Assembly (NCBI GenBank): GCA_043228905.1
Contig: JBHGNT010000078.1
Span: forward strand, 41,503 to 105,502
Reading direction: 5' to 3'
Source: Azolla caroliniana
Taxonomy: Eukaryota; Plantae; Polypodiophyta
Length of the DNA: 64,000 bases
The translations under genes and the position numbers were made by a program. The notes beneath the pieces were generated by a model. It saw nothing but the letters and a program-made list of their open reading frames with translations, had not been told where the DNA came from and searched no databases. Numbering within the stretch: the stretch's first letter is position 1; the number at the start of each line of letters is the position of its first letter. Positions 13,801-27,830 of the stretch are shown piece after piece.

Positions 13801-14442
13801 ATCTTGATTTTTTAATTGCATATCATAGCTAGCGTTGTTAGCTTCGATTCGCATGTTTGAACAAAAAAATCCAATATCACACGAGCCAGGTATGAACATT
13901 TTAATTTACTCACGGGGTCTTCTCAACTCCTTCCTCAAATTTGCTAATTTCTTCATATCTCTCGACCTGTGTTTCAAAATCTTAATTTTCTAATTCCATA
14001 TCATAGCTAGCGTTGCTAGCTTCGATTCTCATGTTTGAACACAAAAATCCGATATCACACGAGCTAGATATGAACATTTTAATTTACACACCGGGTATTC
14101 TCAACGCCCTCCTCAAGTTTGCTAATTTCCTCATGTCTCTCGATCTGAGTTTCAAAATCTTGATTTTCGAATTCTATATCATAGCTAGCGTTTTAGCTTC
14201 GATTCGCATGTTTGAACACAAACATCCGATATCACACGAGCCAGGTATGAACATTTTAAATTACTGACGGGGTCTTCTAAACTCCTTCCTCAAATTTGCT
14301 AATTTCCTCATGTCTCTAGACCTGAGTTTCAAAATTATATTTTTTAATTCTATATCATAGCTAGCGTTGTTAGCTTCGATTCGCATGTTTGAACACAAAA
14401 ATCCGATATCACACGAGCCAGGTATGAACATTTTAATTTACT
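10882..14442. repeat. Copy 2 of the 10,101-bp-offset block; part of the 4.64-kb precursor of the core HOR
   Basis: Same ordered variants as 781-4341, including the 26-bp and 21-bp deleted monomers, the GAAGAGGGTC monomer and the CTTGAACTGAG monomer. Confidence 0.88.
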
Positions 14443-17400
14443 AACGCGCTCTTCTCCAATACCTCCTCAAATTTGCTAATTTCTTCATGTCTCTCGACCT
14501 GTGTTTCAAAATTATAATTTTTCAATTCTATATCATAACTAGCGTTCTTAGCTTCGATTCGCATGTTTGAACACAAAAATCCGATATCACACGACCCAGG
14601 TATGAGCATTTTAATTTACTAACGCGCTCTTCTCAACTCCTTCCTAAAATTTGCAAATTTCTTCATGTCTCTGGACCTGAGTTTCAAAGTCTTGATTTTT
14701 TAATTCTATATCATAACTAGCGTTGTTAGGTACGATCCGCATTTTTGAACACAAAAATGCGATATCCCAGAAGCCAGGTATGAACATTTTAATTTACTCA
14801 CGGGGTCTTCTCCACTACCTTCTCAAATTTGCTAATTTCTTCATGTCTCTCGACCTGAGCTTCAAAATCTTGATTTTTCAATTCTATGTCATAGCTAGTG
14901 TTGTTAGCTTTGATTCGCATGTTTGAACACAAAAATCCAATATCAGACGAGCCAAGTATGAACATTTTAATTTACTAATGCGCTCTTCTCCAATACCTCC
15001 TCAAATTTGCTAATTTCTTCACATCTCTCGACCTGTGTTTCAAAATTATAGTTTTTCAATTCTATATCATAACTAGCGTTCTTAGCTTCGATTCGCATGT
15101 TTGAACACAAAAATCCGATATCACACGAGCCAGGTATGAACACTTTAATTTATTGACGCGCTCTTCTCAACTCCTTCCTCAATTTGCTAATTTCTTCATG
15201 TCTCTGGACCTGAGTTTCAAATTCTTGATTTTCTAATTCCATAACATAGCTAGTGTTGTTAGCTTCGATTCGCATGTTTGAACACAAAAATCCGATATCC
15301 CACAAGCCAGGCATGAACATTTTAATTTACTCACGGGGTCTCCTCCACTACCTTCTCAAATTTGCTAATTTCTTCATGTCATATCATATCTAGTGTTGTT
15401 AGCTTCGATTCGCATGTTTGAACACAAAAATCCAATATCACACGAGCCAAGTATGAACATTTTAATTTACTAACGCCCTATTCTCCAATACCTCCTAAAA
15501 GTTGCTAATTTCTTCATGTCTCTCGACCTGTGTTTGAAAATTATAATTTTTCAATTCCATATCATAACTAGCGTTCTTAGCTTCGATTCGCATGTTTGAA
15601 CACAAAAATCCGATATCACACGACCCAGGTATGAACATTTTAATTTACTGACGCGCTCTTCTCAACTCCTTCCTCAAATTTGCTAATTTCTTCATGTCTC
15701 TGGACCTGAGTTTCAAATTCTTGATTTTCCCATTCCATATCATAGCTAGTGTTGTTAGCTTCGATTCGCATGTTTGAACACAAAAATCCGATATCCCACA
15801 AGCCAGGCATGAACATTTTAATTTACTCACGGGGTCTTCTCCACTACCTTCTCAAATTTGCTAATTTCTTCATGTCTTTCGACCTGAGTTTCAAAATCTT
15901 GATTTTTTAATTCCATATCATAGCTAGTGTTGTTAGCTTCCATTCGCATGTTTGAACACAAAAATCCAATATCACACGAGCCAGGCTCTTCTCTAATACC
16001 TCCTCAAATTTGCTAATTTCTTCATGTCTCTCGACCTGTGTTTGAAAATTATAATTTTTCAATTCTATATCATAACTAGCGTTCTTAGCTTCGATTCGCA
16101 AGTTTGAACACAAAATTCTCATATCACACGAGCCATGTATGAGCATTTTAATTTTCTGACGCCCTCTTCTCAACTCCTTCCTCAAATTTGCTAATTTCTT
16201 CATATCTCTGGACCTGAGTTTCAAAGTCTTGATTTTTTAATTCTATATCATAGCTAGCGTTGTTAGCTTCGATTCGCATGTTTGAACACAGAAATCCAAT
16301 ATCACACGAGCCAGGTATGAACATTTTAATTTACTAACGCGCTCTTCTCCAATACCTCCTCAAATTTGCTAATTTCTTCATGTCTCTCGACCTGTGTTTC
16401 AAAATTATAATTTTTCAATTCTATATCATAACTAGCGTTCTTAGCTTCGATTCGCATGTTTGAACACAAAAATCCGATATCACACGACCCAGGTATGAGC
16501 ATTTTAATTTACTAATGCGCTCTTCTCAACTCCTTCCTGTCTCTGGACCTGAGTTTCAAAGTCTTGATTTTTTAATTCCATATCATAGCTAGTGTTGTTA
16601 GCTTCGATTCGCATGTTTGAACATAAAAATCTGATATCACACGAGCCAGGTATGAACATTTTAATTTACTAACGGGGTTTTCTCAACTCCTTCCTCAAGA
16701 TTGCTAATTTCTTCTTGTCTGTCGACCTGAGTTTCAAAATTATAATTTTTCAATTCAATATCATAGCTAGCGTTGCTAGCTTCGATTCTCATGTTTGAAC
16801 ACAAAAATCTGATATCACACGAGCCAGCTATTAACATTTTATTTTACTCACCGGGTCTTCTCACCTCCTTCCTCATCTTTGCTAATTTGTTAATATCTCT
16901 CGACCTGAGTCTCGAAATCTTGATTTTTTAATTCTATATCATAGCTAGCGTTCTTAGCTTCGATTCACATTTTTGAACTGAGTTTCAAAATCTTGATTTT
17001 AATTGCATATCATAGCTAGCGTTGTTAGCTTCGATTCGCATGTTTGAACAAAAAAATCCAATATCACACGAGCCAGGTATGAACATTTTAATTTACTCAC
17101 GGGGTCTTCTCAACTCCTTCCTCAAATTTGCTAATTTCTTCATATCTCTCGACCTGTGTTTCAAAATCTTAATTTTCTAATTCCATATCATAGCTAGCGT
17201 TGCTAGCTTCGATTCTCATGTTTGAACACAAAAATCCGATATCACACGAGCTAGATATGAACATTTTAATTTACACACCGGGTATTCTCAACGCCCTCCT
17301 CAAGTTTGCTAATTTCCTCATGTCTCTCGATCTGAGTTTCAAAATCTTGATTTTTGAATTCTATATCATAGCTAGCGTTTTAGCTTCGATTCGCATGTTT

Positions 17401-17499
17401 GAACACAAACATCCGATATCACACGAGCCAGGTATGAACATTTTAAATTACTGACGGGGTCTTCTAAACTCCTTCCTCAAATTTGCTAATTTCCTCATG

Positions 17500-20400
17500 T
17501 CTCTAGACCTGAGTTTCAAAATTATATTTTTTAATTCTATATCATAGCTAGCGTTGTTAGCTTCGATTCGCATGTTTGAACACAAAAATCCGATATCACA
17601 CGAGCCAGGTATGAACATTTTAATTTACTAACGCGCTCTTCTCCAATACCTCCTCAAATTTGCTAATTTCTTCATGTCTCTCGACCTGTGTTTGAAAATT
17701 ATAATTTTTCAATTCTATATCATAACTAGCGTTCTTAGCTTCGATTCGCATGTTTGAACACAAAAATCCGATATCACACGACCCAGGTATGAGCATTTTA
17801 ATTTACTAACGCGCTCTTCTCAACTCCTTCCTAAAATTTGCAAATTTCTTCATGTCTCTGGACCTGAGTTTCAAAGTCTTGATTTTTTAATTCTATATCA
17901 TAACTAGCGTTGTTAGGTACGATTCGCATTTTTGAACACAAAAATGCGATATCCCAGAAGCCAGGTATGAACATTTTAATTTACTCACGGGGTCTTCTCC
18001 ACTACCTTCTCAAATTTGCTAATTTGTTCATGTCTCTCGACCTGAGCTTCAAAATCTTGATTTTTCAATTCTATGTCATAGCTAGTGTTGTTAGCTTTGA
18101 TTCGCATGTTTGAACACAAAAATCCAATATCAGACGAGCCAAGTATGAACATTTTAATTTACTAATGCGCTCTTCTCCAATACCTCCTCAAATTTGCTAA
18201 TTTCTTCACATCTCTCGACCTGTGTTTCAAAATTATAGTTTTTCAATTCTATATCATAACTAGCGTTCTTAGCTTCGATTCGCATGTTTGAACACAAAAA
18301 TCCGATATCACACGAGCCAGGTATGAACACTTTAATTTATTGACGCGCTCTTCTCAACTCCTTCCTCAAATTTGCTAATCTCTTCATGTCTCTGGACCTG
18401 AGTTTCAAATTCTTGATTTTCTAATTCCATAACATAGCTAGTGTTGTTAGCTTCGATTCGCATGTTTGAACACAAAAATCCGATATCCCACAAGCCAGGC
18501 ATGAACATTTTAATTTACTCACGGGGTCTCCTCCACTACCTTCTCAAATTTGCTAATTTCTTCATGTCATATCATATCTAGTGTTGTTAGCTTCGATTCG
18601 CATGTTTGAACACAAAAATCCAATATCACACGAGCCAAGTATGAACATTTTAATTTACTAACGCCCTATTCTCCAATACCTCCTAAAAGTTGCTAATTTC
18701 TTCATGTCTCTCGACCTGTGTTTGAAAATTATAATTTTTCAATTCCATATCATAACTAGCGTTCTTAGCTTCGATTCGCATGTTTGAACACAAAAATCCG
18801 ATATCACACGAGCCAGGTATGAACATTTTAATTTACTGACGCGCTCTTCTCAACTCCTTCCTCAAATTTGCTAATTTCTTCATGTCTCTGGACCTGAGTT
18901 TCAAATTCTTGATTTTCCCATTCCATATCATAGCTAGTGTTGTTAGCTTCGATTCGCATGTTTGAACACAAAAATCCGATATCCCACAAGCCAGGCATGA
19001 ACATTTTAATTTACTCACGGGGTCTTCTCCATTACCTTCTCAAATTTGCTAATTTCTTCATGTCTTTCGACCTGAGTTTCAAAATCTTGATTTTTTAATT
19101 CCATATCATAGCTAGTGTTGTTAGCTTCCATTCGCATGTTTGAACACAAAAATCCAATATCACACGAGCCAGGCTCTTCTCTAATACCTCCTCAAATTTG
19201 CTAATTTCTTCATGTCTCTCGACCTGTGTTTGAAAATTATAATTTTTCAATTCCATATCATAACTAGCGTTCTTAGCTTCGATTCGCATGTTTGAACACA
19301 AAAATCCGATATCACACGAGCCAGGTATGAACATTTTAATTTACTGACGCGCTCTTCTCAACTCCTTCCTCAAATTTGCTAATTTCTTCATGTCTCTGGA
19401 CCTGAGTTTCAAATTCTTGATTTTCCCATTCCATATCATAGCTAGTGTTGTTAGCTTCGATTCGCATGTTTGAACACAAAAATCCGATATCCCACAAGCC
19501 AGGCATGAACATTTTAATTTACTCACGGGGTCTTCTCCACTACCTTCTCAAATTTGCTAATTTCTTCATGTCTTTCGACCTGAGTTTCAAAATCTTGATT
19601 TTTTAATTCCATATCATAGCTAGTGTTGTTAGCTTCCATTCGCATGTTTGAACACAAAAATCCAATATCACACGAGCCAGGCTCTTCTCTAATACCTCCT
19701 CAAATTTGCTAATTTCTTCATGTCTCTCGACCTGTGTTTGAAAATTATAATTTTTCAATTCTATATCATAACTAGCGTTCTTAGCTTCGATTCGCAAGTT
19801 TGAACACAAAAATCCGATATCACACGAGCCAGGTATGAACACTTTAATTTATTGACGCGCTCTTCTCAACTCCTTCCTCAAATTTGCTAATCTCTTCATG
19901 TCTCTGGACCTGAGTTTCAAATTCTTGATTTTCTAATTCCATAACATAGCTAGTGTTGTTAGCTTCGATTCGCATGTTTGAACACAAAAATCCGATATCC
20001 CACAAGCCAGGCATGAACATTTTAATTTACTCACGGGGTCTCCTCCACTACCTTCTCAAATTTGCTAATTTCTTCATGTCATATCATATCTAGTGTTGTT
20101 AGCTTCGATTCGCATGTTTGAACACAAAAATCCAATATCACACGAGCCAAGTATGAACATTTTAATTTACTAACGCCCTATTCTCCAATACCTCCTAAAA
20201 GTTGCTAATTTCTTCATGTCTCTAGACCTGAGTTTCAAAATTATATTTTTTAATTCTATATCATAGCTAGCGTTGTTAGCTTCGATTCGCATGTTTGAAC
20301 ACAAAAATCCGATATCACACGAGCCAGGTATGAACATTTTAATTTACTAACGCGCTCTTCTCCAATACCTCCTCAAATTTGCTAATTTCTTCATGTCTCT

Positions 20401-22940
20401 CGACCTGTGTTTGAAAATTATAATTTTTCAATTCTATATCATAACTAGCGTTCTTAGCTTCGATTCGCATGTTTGAACACAAAAATCCGATATCACACGA
20501 CCCAGGTATGAGCATTTTAATTTACTAACGCGCTCTTCTCAACTCCTTCCTAAAATTTGCAAATTTCTTCATGTCTCTGGACCTGAGTTTCAAAGTCTTG
20601 ATTTTTTAATTCTATATCATAACTAGCGTTGTTAGGTACGATTCGCATTTTTGAACACAAAAATGCGATATCCCAGAAGCCAGGTATGAACATTTTAATT
20701 TACTCACGGGGTCTTCTCCACTACCTTCTCAAATTTGCTAATTTGTTCATGTCTCTCGACCTGAGCTTCAAAATCTTGATTTTTCAATTCTATGTCATAG
20801 CTAGTGTTGTTAGCTTTGATTCGCATGTTTGAACACAAAAATCCAATATCAGACGAGCCAAGTATGAACATTTTAATTTACTAATGCGCTCTTCTCCAAT
20901 ACCTCCTCAAATTTGCTAATTTCTTCACATCTCTCGACCTGTGTTTCAAAATTATAGTTTTTCAATTCTATATCATAACTAGCGTTCTTAGCTTCGATTC
21001 GCATGTTTGAACACAAAAATCCGATATCACACGAGCCAGGTATGAACACTTTAATTTATTGACGCGCTCTTCTCAACTCCTTCCTCAAATTTGCTAATCT
21101 CTTCATGTCTCTGGACCTGAGTTTCAAATTCTTGATTTTCTAATTCCATAACATAGCTAGTGTTGTTAGCTTCGATTCGCATGTTTGAACACAAAAATCC
21201 GATATCCCACAAGCCAGGCATGAACATTTTAATTTACTCACGGGGTCTCCTCCACTACCTTCTCAAATTTGCTAATTTCTTCATGTCATATCATATCTAG
21301 TGTTGTTAGCTTCGATTCGCATGTTTGAACACAAAAATCCAATATCACACGAGCCAAGTATGAACATTTTAATTTACTAACGCCCTATTCTCCAATACCT
21401 CCTAAAAGTTGCTAATTTCTTCATGTCTCTCGACCTGTGTTTGAAAATTATAATTTTTCAATTCCATATCATAACTAGCGTTCTTAGCTTCGATTCGCAT
21501 GTTTGAACACAAAAATCCGATATCACACGAGCCAGGTATGAACATTTTAATTTACTGACGCGCTCTTCTCAACTCCTTCCTCAAATTTGCTAATTTCTTC
21601 ATGTCTCTGGACCTGAGTTTCAAATTCTTGATTTTCCCATTCCATATCATAGCTAGTGTTGTTAGCTTCGATTCGCATGTTTGAACACAAAAATCCGATA
21701 TCCCACAAGCCAGGCATGAACATTTTAATTTACTCACGGGGTCTTCTCCATTACCTTCTCAAATTTGCTAATTTCTTCATGTCTTTCGACCTGAGTTTCA
21801 AAATCTTGATTTTTTAATTCCATATCATAGCTAGTGTTGTTAGCTTCCATTCGCATGTTTGAACACAAAAATCCAATATCACACGAGCCAGGCTCTTCTC
21901 TAATACCTCCTCAAATTTGCTAATTTCTTCATGTCTCTCGACCTGTGTTTGAAAATTATAATTTTTCAATTCCATATCATAACTAGCGTTCTTAGCTTCG
22001 ATTCGCATGTTTGAACACAAAAATCCGATATCACACGAGCCAGGTATGAACATTTTAATTTACTGACGCGCTCTTCTCAACTCCTTCCTCAAATTTGCTA
22101 ATTTCTTCATGTCTCTGGACCTGAGTTTCAAATTCTTGATTTTCCCATTCCATATCATAGCTAGTGTTGTTAGCTTCGATTCGCATGTTTGAACACAAAA
22201 ATCCGATATCCCACAAGCCAGGCATGAACATTTTAATTTACTCACGGGGTCTTCTCCACTACCTTCTCAAATTTGCTAATTTCTTCATGTCTTTCGACCT
22301 GAGTTTCAAAATCTTGATTTTTTAATTCCATATCATAGCTAGTGTTGTTAGCTTCCATTCGCATGTTTGAACACAAAAATCCAATATCACACGAGCCAGG
22401 CTCTTCTCTAATACCTCCTCAAATTTGCTAATTTCTTCATGTCTCTCGACCTGTGTTTGAAAATTATAATTTTTCAATTCTATATCATAACTAGCGTTCT
22501 TAGCTTCGATTCGCAAGTTTGAACACAAAAATCCGATATCACACGAGCCAGGTATGAACACTTTAATTTATTGACGCGCTCTTCTCAACTCCTTCCTCAA
22601 ATTTGCTAATCTCTTCATGTCTCTGGACCTGAGTTTCAAATTCTTGATTTTCTAATTCCATAACATAGCTAGTGTTGTTAGCTTCGATTCGCATGTTTGA
22701 ACACAAAAATCCGATATCCCACAAGCCAGGCATGAACATTTTAATTTACTCACGGGGTCTCCTCCACTACCTTCTCAAATTTGCTAATTTCTTCATGTCA
22801 TATCATATCTAGTGTTGTTAGCTTCGATTCGCATGTTTGAACACAAAAATCCAATATCACACGAGCCAAGTATGAACATTTTAATTTACTAACGCCCTAT
22901 TCTCCAATACCTCCTAAAAGTTGCTAATTTCTTCATGTCT
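17500..22940. repeat. Near-perfect 2,719-bp tandem duplication inside the core, containing 508-bp trimer duplications
   Basis: Offsets of 2,719 bp: 17910/20629, 18833/21552, 19095/21814, 19341/22060, 19603/22322. Offsets of 508 bp (178+178+152): 19095/19603 and 21814/22322. Confidence 0.88.
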
Positions 22941-23389
22941 CTCGACCTGTGTTTGAAAATTATAATTTTTCAATTCCATATCATAACTAGCGTTCTTAGC
23001 TTCGATTCGCATGTTTGAACACAAAAATCCGATATCACACGAGCCAGGTATGAACATTTTAATTTACTGACGCGCTCTTCTCAACTCCTTCCTCAAATTT
23101 GCTAATTTCTTCATGTCTCTGGACCTGAGTTTCAAATTCTTGATTTTCCCATTCCATATCATAGCTAGTGTTGTTAGCTTCGATTCGCATGTTTGAACAC
23201 AAAAATCCGATATCCCACAAGCCAGGCATGAACATTTTAATTTACTCACGGGGTCTTCTCCATTACCTTCTCAAATTTGCTAATTTCTTCATGTCTTTCG
23301 ACCTGAGTTTCAAAATCTTGATTTTTTAATTCCATATCATAGCTAGTGTTGTTAGCTTCCATTCGCATGTTTGAACACAAAAATCCAAT

Positions 23390-26300
23390 ATCACACGAGC
23401 CAGGCTCTTCTCTAATACCTCCTCAAATTTGCTAATTTCTTCATGTCTCTCGACCTGTGTTTGAAAATTATAATTTTTCAATTCCATATCATAACTAGCG
23501 TTCTTAGCTTCGATTCGCATGTTTGAACACAAAAATCCGATATCACACGAGCCAGGTATGAAGATTTTAATTTACTGACGCGCTCTTCTCAACTCCTTCC
23601 TCAAATTTGCTAATTTCTTCATGTCTCTGGACCTGAGTTTCAAATTCTTGATTTTCCCATTCCATATCATAGCTAGTGTTGTTAGCTTCGATTCGCATGT
23701 TTGAACACAAAAATCCGATATCCCACAAGCCAGGCATGAACATTTTAATTTACTCACGGGGTCTTCTCCACTACCTTCTCAAATTTGCTAATTTCTTCAT
23801 GTCTTTCGACCTGAGTTTCAAAATCTTGATTTTTTAATTCCATATCATAGCTAGTGTTGTTAGCTTCCATTCGCATGTTTGAACACAAAAATCCAATATC
23901 ACACGAGCCAGGCTCTTCTCTAATACCTCCTCAAATTTGCTAATTTCTTCATGTCTCTCGACCTGTGTTTGAAAATTATAATTTTTCAATTCTATATCAT
24001 AACTAGCGTTCTTAGCTTCGATTCGCAAGTTTGAACACAAAAATCTCATATCACACGAGCCAGGTATGAGCATTTTAATTTTCTGACGCCCTCTTCTCAA
24101 CTCCTTCCTCAAATTTGCTAATTTCTTCATATCTCTGGACCTGAGTTTCAAAGTCTTGATTTTTTAATTCTATATCATAGCTAGCGTTGTTAGCTTCGAT
24201 TCGCATGTTTGAACACAAAAATCCAATATCACACGAGCCAGGTATGAACATTTTAATTTACTAACGCGCTCTTCTCCAATACCTCCTCAAATTTGCTAAT
24301 TTCTTCATGTCTCTCGACCTGTGTTTCAAAATTATAATTTTTCAATTCTATATCATAACTAGCGTTCTTAGCTTCGATTCCCATGTTTGAACACAAAAAT
24401 CCGATATCACACGACCCAGGTATGAGCATTTTAATTTACTAATGCGCTCTTCTCAACTCCTTCCTGTCTCTGGACCTGAGTTTCAAAGTCTTGATTTTTT
24501 AATTCCATATCATAGCTAGTGTTGTTAGCTTCGATTCGCATGTTTGAACATAAAAATCTGATATCACACGAGCCAGGTATGAACATTTTAATTTACTCAC
24601 GGGGTTTTCTCAACTCCTTCCTCAAGATTGCTAATTTCTTCATGTCTGTCGACCTGAGTTTCAAAATTATAATTTTTCAATTCAATATCATAGCTAGCGT
24701 TGCTAGCTTCGATTCTCATGTTTGAACACAAAAATCTGATATCACACGAGCCAGCTATTAACATTTTATTTTACTCACCGGGTCTTCTCACCTCCTTCCT
24801 CATCTTTGCTAATTTGTTAATATCTCTCGACCTGAGTCTCGAAATCTTGATTTTTTAATTCTATATCATAGCTAGCGTTCTTAGCTTCGATTCACATTTT
24901 TGAACTGAGTTTCAAAATCTTGATTTTTTAATTGCATATCATAGCTAGCGTTGTTAGCTTCGATTCGCATGTTTGAACAAAAAAATCCAATATCACACGA
25001 GCCAGGTATGAACATTTTAATTTACTCACGGGGTCTTCTCAACTCCTTCCTCAAATTTACTAATTTCTTCATATCTCTCGACCTGTGTTTCAAAATCTTA
25101 ATTTTCTAATTCCATACCATAGCTAGCGTTGCTAGCTTCGATTCTCATGTTTGAACACAAAAATCCGATATCACACGAGCTAGATATGAACATTTTAATT
25201 TACACACCGGGTATTCTCAACGCCCTCCTCAAGTTTGCTAATTTCCTCATGTCTCTCGATCTGAGTTTCAAAATCTTGATTTTTGAATTCTATATCATAG
25301 CTAGCGTTTTAGCTTCGATTCGCATGTTTGAACACAAACATCCGATATCACACGAGCCAGGTATGAACATTTTAAATTACTGACGGGGTCTTCTAAACTC
25401 CTTCCTCAAATTTGCTAATTTCCTCATGTCTCTAGACCTGAGTTTCAAAATTATATTTTTTAATTCTATATCATAGCTAGCGTTGTTAGCTTCGATTCGC
25501 ATGTTTGAACACAAAAATTCGATTTCCCACAAGCCAGGTATGAACATTCTAATTTACTCATGGGGTTTTCTCTACTACCTTCTCAAATTTGCTAATTTCT
25601 TCGTGTCTCTCGACCTGAGTTTCAAAATCTTGATTTTTTAATTCCAGATCATAGCTAGCGTTGTTAGCTTCGATTCACATGTTTGAACACAAAAATCCAA
25701 TATCACACGAGCCAGGCTCTTCTCTAATACCTCCTCAAATTTGCTAATTTCTTCATGTCTCTCGACCTGTGTTTGAAAATTATAATTTTTCAATTCCATA
25801 TCATAACTAGCGTTCTTAGCTTCGATTCGCATGTTTGAACACAAAAATCCGATATCACACGAGCCAGGTATGAAGATTTTAATTTACTGACGCGCTCTTC
25901 TCAACTCCTTCCTCAAATTTGCTAATTTCTTCATGTCTCTGGACCTGAGTTTCAAATTCTTGATTTTCCCATTCCATATCATAGCTAGTGTTGTTAGCTT
26001 CGATTCGCATGTTTGAACACAAAAATCCGATATCCCACAAGCCAGGCATGAACATTTTAATTTACTCACGGGGTCTTCTCCACTACCTTCTCAAATTTGC
26101 TAATTTCTTCATGTCTTTCGACCTGAGTTTCAAAATCTTGATTTTTTAATTCCATATCATAGCTAGTGTTGTTAGCTTCCATTCGCATGTTTGAACACAA
26201 AAATCCAATATCACACGAGCCAGGCTCTTCTCTAATACCTCCTCAAATTTGCTAATTTCTTCATGTCTCTCGACCTGTGTTTGAAAATTATAATTTTTCA

Positions 26301-27830
26301 ATTCTATATCATAACTAGCGTTCTTAGCTTCGATTCGCAAGTTTGAACACAAAAATCTCATATCACACGAGCCAGGTATGAGCATTTTAATTTTCTGACG
26401 CCCTCTTCTCAACTCCTTCCTCAAATTTGCTAATTTCTTCATATCTCTGGACCTGAGTTTCAAAGTCTTGATTTTTTAATTCTATATCATAGCTAGCGTT
26501 GTTAGCTTCGATTCGCATGTTTGAACACAAAAATCCAATATCACACGAGCCAGGTATGAACATTTTAATTTACTAACGCGCTCTTCTCCAATACCTCCTC
26601 AAATTTGCTAATTTCTTCATGTCTCTCGACCTGTGTTTCAAAATTATAATTTTTCAATTCTATATCATAACTAGCGTTCTTAGCTTCGATTCCCATGTTT
26701 GAACACAAAAATCCGATATCACACGACCCAGGTATGAGCATTTTAATTTACTAATGCGCTCTTCTCAACTCCTTCCTGTCTCTGGACCTGAGTTTCAAAG
26801 TCTTGATTTTTTAATTCCATATCATAGCTAGTGTTGTTAGCTTCGATTCGCATGTTTGAACATAAAAATCTGATATCACACGAGCCAGGTATGAACATTT
26901 TAATTTACTCACGGGGTTTTCTCAACTCCTTCCTCAAGATTGCTAATTTCTTCATGTCTGTCGACCTGAGTTTCAAAATTATAATTTTTCAATTCAATAT
27001 CATAGCTAGCGTTGCTAGCTTCGATTCTCATGTTTGAACACAAAAATCTGATATCACACGAGCCAGCTATTAACATTTTATTTTACTCACCGGGTCTTCT
27101 CACCTCCTTCCTCATCTTTGCTAATTTGTTAATATCTCTCGACCTGAGTCTCGATATCTTGATTTTTTAATTCTATATCATAGCTAGCGTTCTTAGCTTC
27201 GATTCACATTTTTGAACTGAGTTTCAAAATCTTGATTTTTTAATTGCATATCATAGCTAGCGTTGTTAGCTTCGATTCGCATGTTTGAACAAAAAAATCC
27301 AATATCACACGAGCCAGGTATGAACATTTTAATTTACTCACGGGGTCTTCTCAACTCCTTCCTCAAATTTACTAATTTCTTCATATCTCTCGACCTGTTT
27401 TCAAAATCTTAATTTTCTAATTCCATATCATAGCTAGCGTTGCTAGCTTCGATTCTCATGTTTGAACACAAAAATCCGATATCACACGAGCTAGATATGA
27501 ACATTTTAATTTACACACCGGGTATTCTCAACGCCCTCCTCAAGTTTGCTAATTTCCTCATGTCTCTCGATCTGAGTTTCAAAATCTTGATTTTTGAATT
27601 CTATATCATAGCTAGCGTTTTAGCTTCGATTCGCATGTTTGAACACAAACATCCGATATCACACGAGCCAGGTATGAACATTTTAAATTACTGACGGGGT
27701 CTTCTAAACTCCTTCCTCAAATTTGCTAATTTCCTCATGTCTCTAGACCTGAGTTTCAAAATTATATTTTTTAATTCTATATCATAGCTAGCGTTGTTAG
27801 CTTCGATTCGCATGTTTGAACACAAAAATC
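23390..27830. repeat. ~2,312-bp tandem duplication inside the core
   Basis: Offsets: 23572/25884, 23834/26146, 24519/26831 and 25129/27440 (2,311). Both copies share the GAAGATTTT variant at ~23560 and ~25872. Confidence 0.85.
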
